64,000 bases of DNA from an uncultured Gemmatimonadaceae bacterium (GTDB lineage: Bacteria; Gemmatimonadota; Gemmatimonadetes; Gemmatimonadales; Gemmatimonadaceae), in NCBI GenBank assembly GCA_963740355.1, contig CAVUDW010000004.1, positions 26,280 to 90,279 on the forward strand. The letters are read 5' to 3'. Position 1 is the stretch's first letter. Each line of letters opens with the position of its first letter. Of the stretch, positions 9,358 to 16,662 are shown in pieces. The notes beneath the pieces are model-generated. The model searched no databases and was not told the DNA's origin. It saw only the letters and a program-made list of their open reading frames with translations. The position numbers and the translations under genes are program-made.

Positions 9358-10743
9358 ATGCCCCCAACCACACCTCCGCCAGTCGTCGCGCCATCCGAGG
9401 CCGGCTACGCACGGCAACTCGGGTTGTTCTCCGCCACCATGCTGGTGGTCGGCGGCATCATCGGTGCCGGCATCTTCCTCAATCCCGCGATCGTGGCACA
9501 GCGAGTGGGCACCGGTGCGGCCACGATGGCCACCTGGGGACTTGGTGCGCTGATCGCCATCGTGGGTTCGTTCGTCTTCGCCGAGCTTGGCGCGCGCGCG
9601 CCACGGGCCGGCGGTGGCTACGTGTACCTCCGCGACGCCTTCGGTCGCTTTCCGGCCTTTCTGTATGGCTGGGCGCTGTTCCTGATGATTTCGACCGGTG
9701 CGATTGCGGCTGTTGCAATGACGTTCGCGAACTACGCCATGGCGTTCGCGGGGATTGGCAGCACCTGGGCGACGCCGATTGCCGTCACAGCGATCATCGC
9801 GCTCACACTCGTCAACATCGTTGGCGTCGCCCCCGGTGCCATCACGCAGAATGTGGCGACGGTGTTGAAACTGGCCGCGATCGTGTTCCTCGTCGTCGTG
9901 GCCTTCATCGCGCCTGACGCAGCGACGCAATCCGTCGCCGCAGCCGCAGCGCCGCCGCTGGTCGTGCCGTCCGGTGCCCTGCAGTGGATCCTGGCCGTCG
10001 GCGCGGCCCTCGTGCCGGTGCTCTTCGCGTTTGGTGGGTGGCAGCAGACCAACTTCATCGCCGAAGAACTGCGCGACGCGAAACGTGACCTGCCACGCGC
10101 GCTGATTCTCGGTGTGCTGATCGTCGTGGCTGCCTACCTGCTGGTGAATCTCTCCTACCTTCGCGCGCTCGGTGTCGCGGGGCTCGCGGCCAGTCATGCG
10201 CCAGCGGCCGAAACCGTCGGCGCCTACCTCGGTAACCGAGGTCGGGCGGTGATCGGTGCTGGAATCATGATCTCCACGTTCGGCTTTCTAAACCTCGTGA
10301 TTCTCGTCACGCCGCGCGTCTACCAGGCGATGGCAGCCGATGGTGTGTTCTTCGCGCAGATGGCCAAGGTCGACCCTCGCACGCGTACGCCCATCGCGGC
10401 GCTTGTCGGACAGGCCGTGTGGGCGATCGTGCTCCTGTTCTCGGGCAGCTATGGCCAACTGCTCGACTATGTGGTGTTTGCAGACTGGGTGTTCTTCGGT
10501 GCGACTGCGGCGGCACTGTTCGTCTACCGCGCTCGCGAGGCGCGTGGCGAAATTCCGCGTGTCGACGTGCGCGCGATCGGCCACCCGGTGACGACCGCGC
10601 TGTTCCTGCTGGCGGCCGGATACGTCATCATCGGCTCGATCATCTCGAATCCAGTGAATGCCCTCAAGGGCAGCTTGCTGCTGGCGCTGGGATGGCCTGC
10701 ATATCTCTGGTGGCGTCGGCGTGCCTCGATCACGAGTGCCTGA
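9358..10743 (+). CDS. amino acid permease (APC superfamily)
   Basis: The ORF 9250..10743 is multi-pass hydrophobic, with ATMLVVGGIIGAGIF typical of the APC TM1 region. The start is placed at the ATG at 9358 (MPPTTPP...) to leave a divergent promoter region. Starts at 9250 or 9316 cannot be excluded. Confidence 0.82.
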   Translation: MPPTTPPPVVAPSEAGYARQLGLFSATMLVVGGIIGAGIFLNPAIVAQRVGTGAATMATWGLGALIAIVGSFVFAELGARAPRAGGGYVYLRDAFGRFPAFLYGWALFLMISTGAIAAVAMTFANYAMAFAGIGSTWATPIAVTAIIALTLVNIVGVAPGAITQNVATVLKLAAIVFLVVVAFIAPDAATQSVAAAAAPPLVVPSGALQWILAVGAALVPVLFAFGGWQQTNFIAEELRDAKRDLPRALILGVLIVVAAYLLVNLSYLRALGVAGLAASHAPAAETVGAYLGNRGRAVIGAGIMISTFGFLNLVILVTPRVYQAMAADGVFFAQMAKVDPRTRTPIAALVGQAVWAIVLLFSGSYGQLLDYVVFADWVFFGATAAALFVYRAREARGEIPRVDVRAIGHPVTTALFLLAAGYVIIGSIISNPVNALKGSLLLALGWPAYLWWRRRASITSA

Positions 10744-10757
10744 CTGGAAACAGCAAA

Positions 10758-10783
10758 GGGAGCGCCTGATGACTGGCGCTCCC
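10758..10783. terminator. GC-rich hairpin between convergent genes (bidirectional terminator candidate)
   Basis: GGGAGCGCC (10758-10766) pairs perfectly with GGCGCTCCC (10775-10783) around an 8-nt loop. It has AAA upstream and TTC downstream and sits 15 nt after the permease stop. Confidence 0.6.
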
Positions 10784-10793
10784 TTCGACTTCT

Positions 10794-10836
10794 CGCTTCA
10801 GATCACTTCACATCGCTTCAGATCACTTCACATCGC
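10794..10836. repeat. 20-bp perfect tandem direct repeat (2 copies + 3 nt)
   Basis: CGCTTCAGATCACTTCACAT occurs at 10794-10813 and again at 10814-10833, followed by CGC. The repeat is intergenic and locally lower in GC. Confidence 0.9.
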
Positions 10837-10846
10837 GTCCTGAATC

Positions 10847-11584
10847 CTAGAGGTGCAGCCCGATCGAGAAGCTGAAGTATTCGACGTCATTGAAGAAGTG
10901 AAAACGTCCTTCGGCGAACGGCTTGAAGCGCGTGTTCCGGAAGTTGAAACCAAGTCCGAGGTTCTGGCCGAAGTCGGTCTGGCTTTCATCCGTGGCTGGC
11001 TCGGGCAACGACTGGCGCTGGCGATACAGGCCGATGCCGCCGGTGGCGAAGAACGGCGACTTGCCGCCATTGCCAGACGGGAAATCATAGACCGCTGCGC
11101 CCGTCAGCTGAATGAGGCTGAACGAAGGCGTCACCAGCTCGTTCTTACCGCCGAAGCGTGCGTATTGCAGGTCGCCGCGCAGGCCGACTGGAAACCCTGC
11201 TGGCCGGCCTTCGAGAAATGCGCCGCCATTGAAGCCAACACTGAAGGCCTTGCCCAGTGAGCTCATTGGTGCGGCCACACCACCAACGATGCCGAAGCGT
11301 GCCTTGTCACCCGTGGGATCGGCCTTCGGTGCGCGCTCTTCGACGGGTGCGGCCTTGGCTGGTGCGGGCGTTGGCGTCGGTGCCGGTGCGGGCGTCGCCG
11401 CAGGCGTTGGCGCTGGCGTGCTTGCGGCCGGACGTGTCGTGGCCGTCGTCGGTGCTGGCGCGGTCGCGCGACCACTCACTGACGTCGCCGGCGTCGACTT
11501 CTTCTGTTGTGCATTCGCTCCTGCCGCAATCACGAATGACAGCGCGGACAGCGTGAGCGTCGGCAGTACGAAACGGTTCTTCAA
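10847..11584 (-). CDS. outer-membrane beta-barrel protein (OmpA-like TM barrel type) with Pro/Ala/Thr-rich linker
   Basis: 245 aa. It has a signal peptide (MKNRFVLPTLTLSALSFVIAAGANAQ), a ~60-aa P/A/T low-complexity stretch, then alternating beta-strand pattern ending ...YFSFSIGLHL. Confidence 0.75.
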   Translation of the reverse strand: MKNRFVLPTLTLSALSFVIAAGANAQQKKSTPATSVSGRATAPAPTTATTRPAASTPAPTPAATPAPAPTPTPAPAKAAPVEERAPKADPTGDKARFGIVGGVAAPMSSLGKAFSVGFNGGAFLEGRPAGFPVGLRGDLQYARFGGKNELVTPSFSLIQLTGAAVYDFPSGNGGKSPFFATGGIGLYRQRQSLPEPATDESQTDFGQNLGLGFNFRNTRFKPFAEGRFHFFNDVEYFSFSIGLHL

Positions 11585-11692
11585 CTTGCTTCTCCTTCAG
11601 ACGTAGTAGGTGCGTTGAACGCCGGCTGATGCGACAGTCCTGCGATGCGATGGCAACGCAAACTCCGCGCCGAGCGGTACACGACACGATCC

Positions 11693-11731
11693 GAAGAAAA
11701 GGACGAGTGACGCGAGCGGGCGTAACTCGTC
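11693..11731 (-). terminator. intrinsic terminator after the pantothenate-kinase-like gene
   Basis: On the minus strand, GACGAGT.ACGC-loop-GCGT.ACTCGTC is followed by CTTTTCTTC, about 20 nt after the stop at 11750. Confidence 0.55.
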
Positions 11732-11749
11732 AAGAACGAAGCAACGTGC

Positions 11750-12613
11750 TCAGCGCGCGCCGTGCAGCATGGCGCCAAGTGCGGTGCCATAGCCCGCATT
11801 CTGGGGGAGAATCAGCTGCATGCCGTAGTACACGCCGACCTGCTCGAGCACGCGTCGGAAGCTTGGCATGTCGGCCATGTGCCCGATCACGACCACCTGC
11901 TCGACACGCTCGGCGCGAGCCGCATTGATCGCCGTGATGGCAATCACCTGGCCGATCAGCGTCAACAGGGCGGCAGCCAGGTCATCAGGCTGCGACAACT
12001 GTTCCTGGCGTGCAAGTCGCCCGAAGTTCACCGCCGTGGCATCCGGCGGGAGCGATCCGATCGGACCGCTGACGACGTCACGCAGGGCGAGGTCCACCGA
12101 GTTGGTGTCGCCGCGCAGCGCCATTGCATCGATCGCGGTGACATCGGTTGTACCGAGCAGCAAGCGACTCAGTCCGAGCAGCGTGCCACCGCCAACACCG
12201 GTGCCCGTGACATGGGCGTACGACGACCCGCGTGCCGACACCACGGCGGTGCCTGATCCGGCGCTGACCACGAGGATCGGGGTGCTGGGATCTGCATCCT
12301 CCGACAGCGCGAGCGCCTGCCCACCGCGTCCGATCGCCGTGACTTCCGGCACACCGACGACGGTGCACGCACCGAGCGACGCCGGCAGCGTCTTGTGTCG
12401 TCCCCCGGTTACCGCGATGTGCGGCAGCGCAGCGAGATCGACACCGCCGAATGCGAGCACCTCGCGCACGACGTCGTGATCAGGCGCGGCGTAGGATGGG
12501 CGAGTCCAGAACTGCAGTGTCCCGTCGACGCGTGCGACGGCGTCGGTGTTGCTGATGCCGAAGTCGATGGCCGCCTGTGGTGCATGCGTTTGCTGCCCGG
12601 AAGTCTTCATCAC
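11750..12613 (-). CDS. coaW: type II pantothenate kinase-like (fumble/CoaW family, ASKHA fold)
   Basis: 287 aa. AIDFGISNTD (phosphate-1), VSAGSGTAVV and VTGTGVGGGTLLGLSRLL align in order with the S. aureus type II PanK motifs (IDAGGT..., VGTGTS, GGIGTGGG). Confidence 0.72.
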   Translation of the reverse strand: MMKTSGQQTHAPQAAIDFGISNTDAVARVDGTLQFWTRPSYAAPDHDVVREVLAFGGVDLAALPHIAVTGGRHKTLPASLGACTVVGVPEVTAIGRGGQALALSEDADPSTPILVVSAGSGTAVVSARGSSYAHVTGTGVGGGTLLGLSRLLLGTTDVTAIDAMALRGDTNSVDLALRDVVSGPIGSLPPDATAVNFGRLARQEQLSQPDDLAAALLTLIGQVIAITAINAARAERVEQVVVIGHMADMPSFRRVLEQVGVYYGMQLILPQNAGYGTALGAMLHGAR

Positions 12614-14154
12614 CGTGCCGCACCCGCACGACGAATCACGATACCGGGAACCGCACCTGTCGTCTTGCCGTCGCGCCAGACCGCGCGACCGTTGACCCAG
12701 ACGCCTTTGATTCCTTCCGACACGCGATGCGGCTCGGTGGGCGTCGCACGATCGGTGACGGTTTGCGGATCGAACAGGACGAGATCAGCAAACGCGCCCG
12801 GCGCGAGCGTGCCGCGCCGTGTCATGCCCATGTGGGCGGCGGCGAGTGCCGTCATGCGGTGTATGGCCTGCTCGAGCGTCATCACCTTTTGCCCGCGAAC
12901 ATATTCGCCGAGGACGCGAGGAAAGGCGCCGTACCCGCGCGGGTGCGAGCCGTTCATCGCACCATCGGAACTGACGTTGGTATGCGCCCATGCGAGCAAT
13001 TTCCCGATGTCAGGTTCCGACATGCTGGTCGCGTCGACGCTCTCCGCACCGTCGTCGCTGGTCGGGTTCGCGCGTTCCCACGCCTGTGCCTCTGCAATCA
13101 GGGCCATCAGCGTGGACGCCGGATCCTCGTGTCGCAGCGCGGACAGTTGTGCGACTGTTTGGCCCGCGTACGATGGATTCGCCGCGAACGACCCGATGCG
13201 CAGCCCCTCCGGCTTGGCAATCTCGCGCAGGATCTTCTCTGCCTCCGCGCGGTTGCTGAAATCCCGCCGTGGGAAGAGCACAGTCAGTGTCGAGTGCCAG
13301 AAGGTGTAGGGATAGACATCGGCAGTGATGTCGACTCCGCTGGCGCGTGCGGCGTCGAGCAGCGTGATGAGGCTGTCAGTGCGCCCCCAGAGCGGGACCA
13401 TGGCGAGCTTCAGGTGACTGATCTGCACGGGCATCTTCGTGGCGCGGCCGATCGCGATGATCTCATCGATCGCTGGCCAGAAATCGCGGTCCTCGCTCCG
13501 GATGTGACTGATGTAGCGGCCTCCCGAGTCGGCGGCTGCGCGCGCCAGCGTCAGGACCTCACTTCGGTCCGAGTAGATGCCGGGATCGTATTCGAGACCG
13601 GTGGAGAGACCGAGCGCACCAGCACCCATCTCGGCGCGGAGCAGGGTCGTCATGGAGTCGACTTCAGCCGGCGTGGCGCGGCGCTTGAAGTCCTTGCCGA
13701 GCACGGCGTCCCGAATCGTGCCGTGTCCCACATAGAAGGCGACGTTCACGGCGCTGGGCGTAGTGCGCAGCGCGTCCATCGCGCCCTTGAGCGGCATTGG
13801 AGAACTGCCGTCCTGGCCTGCCACGATGGTGGTGATGCCCTGGCTGACCACCGGCCGCGCATCGGGCGTGGTGCGCAGGCCGGATGCATGGTGGCTGTGG
13901 GTATCGATGAATCCTGGCGCCATCACCAAACCATTTCCATCGACCACTGTGTCGCCGGGCACCGAGTGGACCTCCCCGACGGCCACGATCGTGTCGGCAA
14001 CGATGCGCAGGTTGCCGCGTCGCGCCGGGGCGCCGGTGCCGTCGATGATCTGGACGTTCGTGAAGGTGGTGCCCGTCGGGACATCGAGTCGGGGGCCGCC
14101 GCAGCTGATCGCTGCGACAAGCAGGGTGGGGGCTAACAGGCGGGGCAGGCGCAT
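12610..14154 (-). CDS. N-acyl-D-amino-acid deacylase family amidohydrolase (lipoprotein)
   Basis: The metal-binding motif GFIDTHSHH and a length of about 510 aa fit the family. The start is placed at the ATG at 14154, giving MRLPRLLAPTLLVAAISCGG (lipobox-like AISC). The ORF track start at 14190 is a TTG. The stop overlaps the coaW-like start by 4 nt. Confidence 0.8.
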   Translation of the reverse strand: MRLPRLLAPTLLVAAISCGGPRLDVPTGTTFTNVQIIDGTGAPARRGNLRIVADTIVAVGEVHSVPGDTVVDGNGLVMAPGFIDTHSHHASGLRTTPDARPVVSQGITTIVAGQDGSSPMPLKGAMDALRTTPSAVNVAFYVGHGTIRDAVLGKDFKRRATPAEVDSMTTLLRAEMGAGALGLSTGLEYDPGIYSDRSEVLTLARAAADSGGRYISHIRSEDRDFWPAIDEIIAIGRATKMPVQISHLKLAMVPLWGRTDSLITLLDAARASGVDITADVYPYTFWHSTLTVLFPRRDFSNRAEAEKILREIAKPEGLRIGSFAANPSYAGQTVAQLSALRHEDPASTLMALIAEAQAWERANPTSDDGAESVDATSMSEPDIGKLLAWAHTNVSSDGAMNGSHPRGYGAFPRVLGEYVRGQKVMTLEQAIHRMTALAAAHMGMTRRGTLAPGAFADLVLFDPQTVTDRATPTEPHRVSEGIKGVWVNGRAVWRDGKTTGAVPGIVIRRAGAAR

Positions 14155-14207
14155 GGCGGCCAACTTGGGCCGCGGGCGGCGCCTGAGCAATTGCTACCCC
14201 TCAGCCA

Positions 14208-14236
14208 TTGACCGCCAGCGCACGCGCCTCTAGGTT
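14208..14236 (+). promoter_or_regulatory. candidate sigma70-type promoter of the infC operon
   Basis: TTGACC (14208-14213), a 17-nt spacer, then TAGGTT (14231-14236). The same architecture occurs upstream of rpsA, rplM and tRNA-Gly. Confidence 0.45.
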
Positions 14237-14358
14237 GTCAATGTCAGAACTCGGCAAGTGACTCCCGCGGCAGTGGGGGTCCACCCTTCGGCCCTCGCTT
14301 CGCGAGGTGTGCTGCTGGAGTCCAATGCAACGGGCACACCCCCTTGGGTGGGCCTCGC

Positions 14359-14400
14359 GGCGTGGTCTTCATCCCCGAAGATCCCGCCGTTTTTGTTTTC
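14359..14400 (+). terminator. intrinsic-terminator-like attenuator in the infC leader
   Basis: GGCGTGGTCTTC (14359-14370) pairs with GAAGATCCCGCC (14377-14388), giving 11 pairs and 1 mismatch. GTTTTTGTTTTC follows. There is no upstream plus-strand gene for it to terminate, and it ends 22 nt before the infC start. Confidence 0.6.
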
Positions 14401-14421
14401 CCGTTTTCCGGAGCTCGTCCT

Positions 14422-14937
14422 ATTCAGGATCCGACCAAGCGAGTACGCGTCAACCGGCAGATTCGCATCTCGCCAGTTCGCGTCATCGCCCCAGACGGCG
14501 CCCAGCTGGGCATCATGGAAGTCGATGCTGCGCTGGCTTCAGCAGTCGAACAGGGCCTCGATCTGGTCGAGGTGGCTCCACTCGCACGGCCGCCCGTGGT
14601 CCGCATCATGGACTACGGCAAGTACAAGTTCGAGATGGCCAAGCAGGCACGCGTTGCAAAGAAGAAGCAGCACGTGATCCTGTTGAAGGAAGTGAAATAC
14701 CGACCGGGGATCGAGGAGCACGACTTCGAGACGAAGACGCGCCACGCTCGCCGGTTCCTTGAAGAAGGCAACAAGGTGAAGGTCACGCTGATGTTCCGTG
14801 GCCGACAGATCGCCCACCCGGAATTGGGGAAGGCAGTCGTCGACCGGGTCGCCCAGCAACTCACTGACATTGCCAAGGTCGAGACGGACGCCAAGCTGGA
14901 AGGCAAGGCGCTGACCATGATCCTGGCGCCACGATAG
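14422..14937 (+). CDS. infC: translation initiation factor IF-3 (ATT start codon)
   Basis: The IF-3 core is [24 protein letters not shown]...LDLVEV. An in-frame ATT at 14422 sits 8 nt after GGAG (14410-14413). The upstream in-frame TTG (14344) and GTG (14362) lie before or inside the terminator hairpin. Confidence 0.88.
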   Translation: MQDPTKRVRVNRQIRISPVRVIAPDGAQLGIMEVDAALASAVEQGLDLVEVAPLARPPVVRIMDYGKYKFEMAKQARVAKKKQHVILLKEVKYRPGIEEHDFETKTRHARRFLEEGNKVKVTLMFRGRQIAHPELGKAVVDRVAQQLTDIAKVETDAKLEGKALTMILAPR

Positions 14938-14953
14938 GCACGAAGGGAGACCC

Positions 14954-15151
14954 ATGCCGAAGATGAAGACCCACACCGGCGCCGCGAAGCGCTTTTCCGT
15001 CACGGGGACGGGGAAGGTGAAGCGCCGGAAGGCTTACAAGAGCCATATCCTGACCAAGAAGTCCCAGAAGCGGAAGCGTAATCTCCGCAAGGGAACGACC
15101 ATCGAAACCATCGGGGAGGCGAAGCGCATGCGTCGTCTCATCCAGGCCTAA
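14954..15151 (+). CDS. rpmI: 50S ribosomal protein L35
   Basis: 65 aa, [14 protein letters not shown]..., with GGGAG upstream. Confidence 0.97.
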   Translation: MPKMKTHTGAAKRFSVTGTGKVKRRKAYKSHILTKKSQKRKRNLRKGTTIETIGEAKRMRRLIQA

Positions 15152-15163
15152 GGAGGAACCGAG

Positions 15164-15526
15164 ATGCCTCGCGTACGCAGTAATCCGGTCCGCCTGAAGC
15201 GGAAGAAGCAGATCATGAAGGCCGCGCGCGGTGCTTTCGGCGCGCGCAGCAAGACGTGGAAGGCCGCCAAGGAAACGGTGGAACGTGGCTGGCGCTACGC
15301 CTACCGCGATCGCAAGAACAAGAAGCGCGAGTTCCGTCGCCTCTGGATCATGCGTATCAATGCCGCGGCTCGTCAGCACGACATGTCGTACAGCGTGTTC
15401 ATCAACGGCCTCGAGAAGTCTGGCATCGAAATCGATCGCAAGATCCTCGCTGAAATCGCCGTCAATGATCCGGCTGCGTTTGCCGTGATCGCCGAGCAGG
15501 TCCGCACCGCGCTCGCCGCGGCGTAA
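15164..15526 (+). CDS. rplT: 50S ribosomal protein L20
   Basis: 120 aa with MPRVRSNPVRLKRKK... and ...YRDRKNKKREFRRLWI. Confidence 0.97.
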   Translation: MPRVRSNPVRLKRKKQIMKAARGAFGARSKTWKAAKETVERGWRYAYRDRKNKKREFRRLWIMRINAAARQHDMSYSVFINGLEKSGIEIDRKILAEIAVNDPAAFAVIAEQVRTALAAA

Positions 15527-15573
15527 AGGTTGCCCCGGGTTTGCTCCCGGCGTCCTGATCCGCTCGCTTCGTG

Positions 15574-15618
15574 CGGCGGCAGTGTGACCTCGCGTCCACT
15601 GCCGCCGTTTGCGTTTTC
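15574..15618 (+). terminator. intrinsic terminator/attenuator between rplT and pheS
   Basis: A perfect 11-bp stem, CGGCGGCAGTG (15574-15584) with CACTGCCGCCG (15597-15607), is followed by TTTGCGTTTTC. Confidence 0.65.
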
Positions 15619-15645
15619 GCTCCCACCACTCCGACTCGTTCGCCG

Positions 15646-16662
15646 GTGACCACTCTCGCTGAATTCCTTTCGCGCGCTGACGCCATCGCGCGCGATGGCA
15701 CAGCGCTCATCCACGCCGCCACCAGCCGCGATGGCCTCGATGGCGCGCGTGTCGCACTCCTCGGCCGCAAGCAGGGGCAGCTGACGGCGTTGATGGCCCT
15801 GCTCACCGAGCTGCCGGCAGAGGACCGACGCGCTGCAGGTGCGGCGATCAATGCCACCAAGCAGACGCTCGAGCTCACGCTCACGTCGGCCGAGGCATCG
15901 CTCGGCCCCGCGCCGGATGCGTCGCGGCCATCCGACCTCACGATGCCGGGTCGCGACACGTGGAAGGGCGCTGTGCACCCTGTCTCGCTCGTGATCGATG
16001 AGATCTCGGAAATCTTCCGCGAGCTCGGCTTCACGATTGCCCTCGGGCCCGAAGCAGAGACCGAGTGGTACAACTTCGGCGCGCTCAACTTCCCGCCCGA
16101 TCATCCGGCGATGGAAGCGCACGACACGCTCTACCTCACCGACGACACGCTGCTGCGCACGCACACCTCGCCGGTGCAGGTGCGCACCCTGCAGACGTAC
16201 ACGCCTCCCGTGCGCATTCTTTGCCCGGGCAACGTGTATCGTCGTGACTTCTTCGATGCCACGCACGCGCCAAGCTTCATGCAGATCGAGGGACTGTGCA
16301 TCGATGAAGGCGTGAGCTTCGTGGACCTGAAGGCCACGCTGAGTGAGTTCGCACGACGCTTCTACTCAGGGTCGAGCAAGGTCCGCCTGCGCCCGAGTTT
16401 CTTCCCGTTCGTCGAACCCGGTGCCGAGATGGATGTCGAAGTCGATCTCAATGACGGCAAGGGGCCGCGTTGGGTGGAGATTCTCGGCTGTGGCATGGTT
16501 CACCCGAACGTGCTCGACGCTGCCGGGATCGACAGCGAGAAATACAGCGGATGGGCCTTCGGCATGGGTCCGGCGCGCATCGCGATGTCGCGGCACAAAC
16601 TGCCCGACATTCGCCTACTGTATGATTCCGACGTCCGCTTCCTGGAGCAGTTCGCCCGATGA
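15646..16662 (+). CDS. pheS: phenylalanine--tRNA ligase alpha subunit
   Basis: Class II aaRS motifs are present (FPPDHPAMEAHDT, RTHTSPVQVR, FFPFVEPGAEMD, GWAFGMGPARIAM). The GTG at 15646 is preferred because the ORF-track start at 15571 lies in the terminator stem. Confidence 0.92.
   Translation: MTTLAEFLSRADAIARDGTALIHAATSRDGLDGARVALLGRKQGQLTALMALLTELPAEDRRAAGAAINATKQTLELTLTSAEASLGPAPDASRPSDLTMPGRDTWKGAVHPVSLVIDEISEIFRELGFTIALGPEAETEWYNFGALNFPPDHPAMEAHDTLYLTDDTLLRTHTSPVQVRTLQTYTPPVRILCPGNVYRRDFFDATHAPSFMQIEGLCIDEGVSFVDLKATLSEFARRFYSGSSKVRLRPSFFPFVEPGAEMDVEVDLNDGKGPRWVEILGCGMVHPNVLDAAGIDSEKYSGWAFGMGPARIAMSRHKLPDIRLLYDSDVRFLEQFAR

Noticed and set aside
9229-10197. The 5' part of the 1315-aa minus-strand ORF 6250..10197, upstream of Met-324
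   Set aside because: It has Arg/Gly/Asp/His-rich composition typical of an out-of-frame read through a high-GC gene. It lies fully antisense to a convincing APC permease. A good signal peptide begins at the internal ATG (9228).
15527-15645. A Phe-rich leader peptide or T-box riboswitch upstream of pheS
   Set aside because: The only small ORF there (from the GTG at 15571) is not Phe-rich. I saw no T-box (AGGGUGGNACCGCG-like) sequence. The hairpin plus T-tract is adequately explained as the rplT terminator or a simple attenuator.
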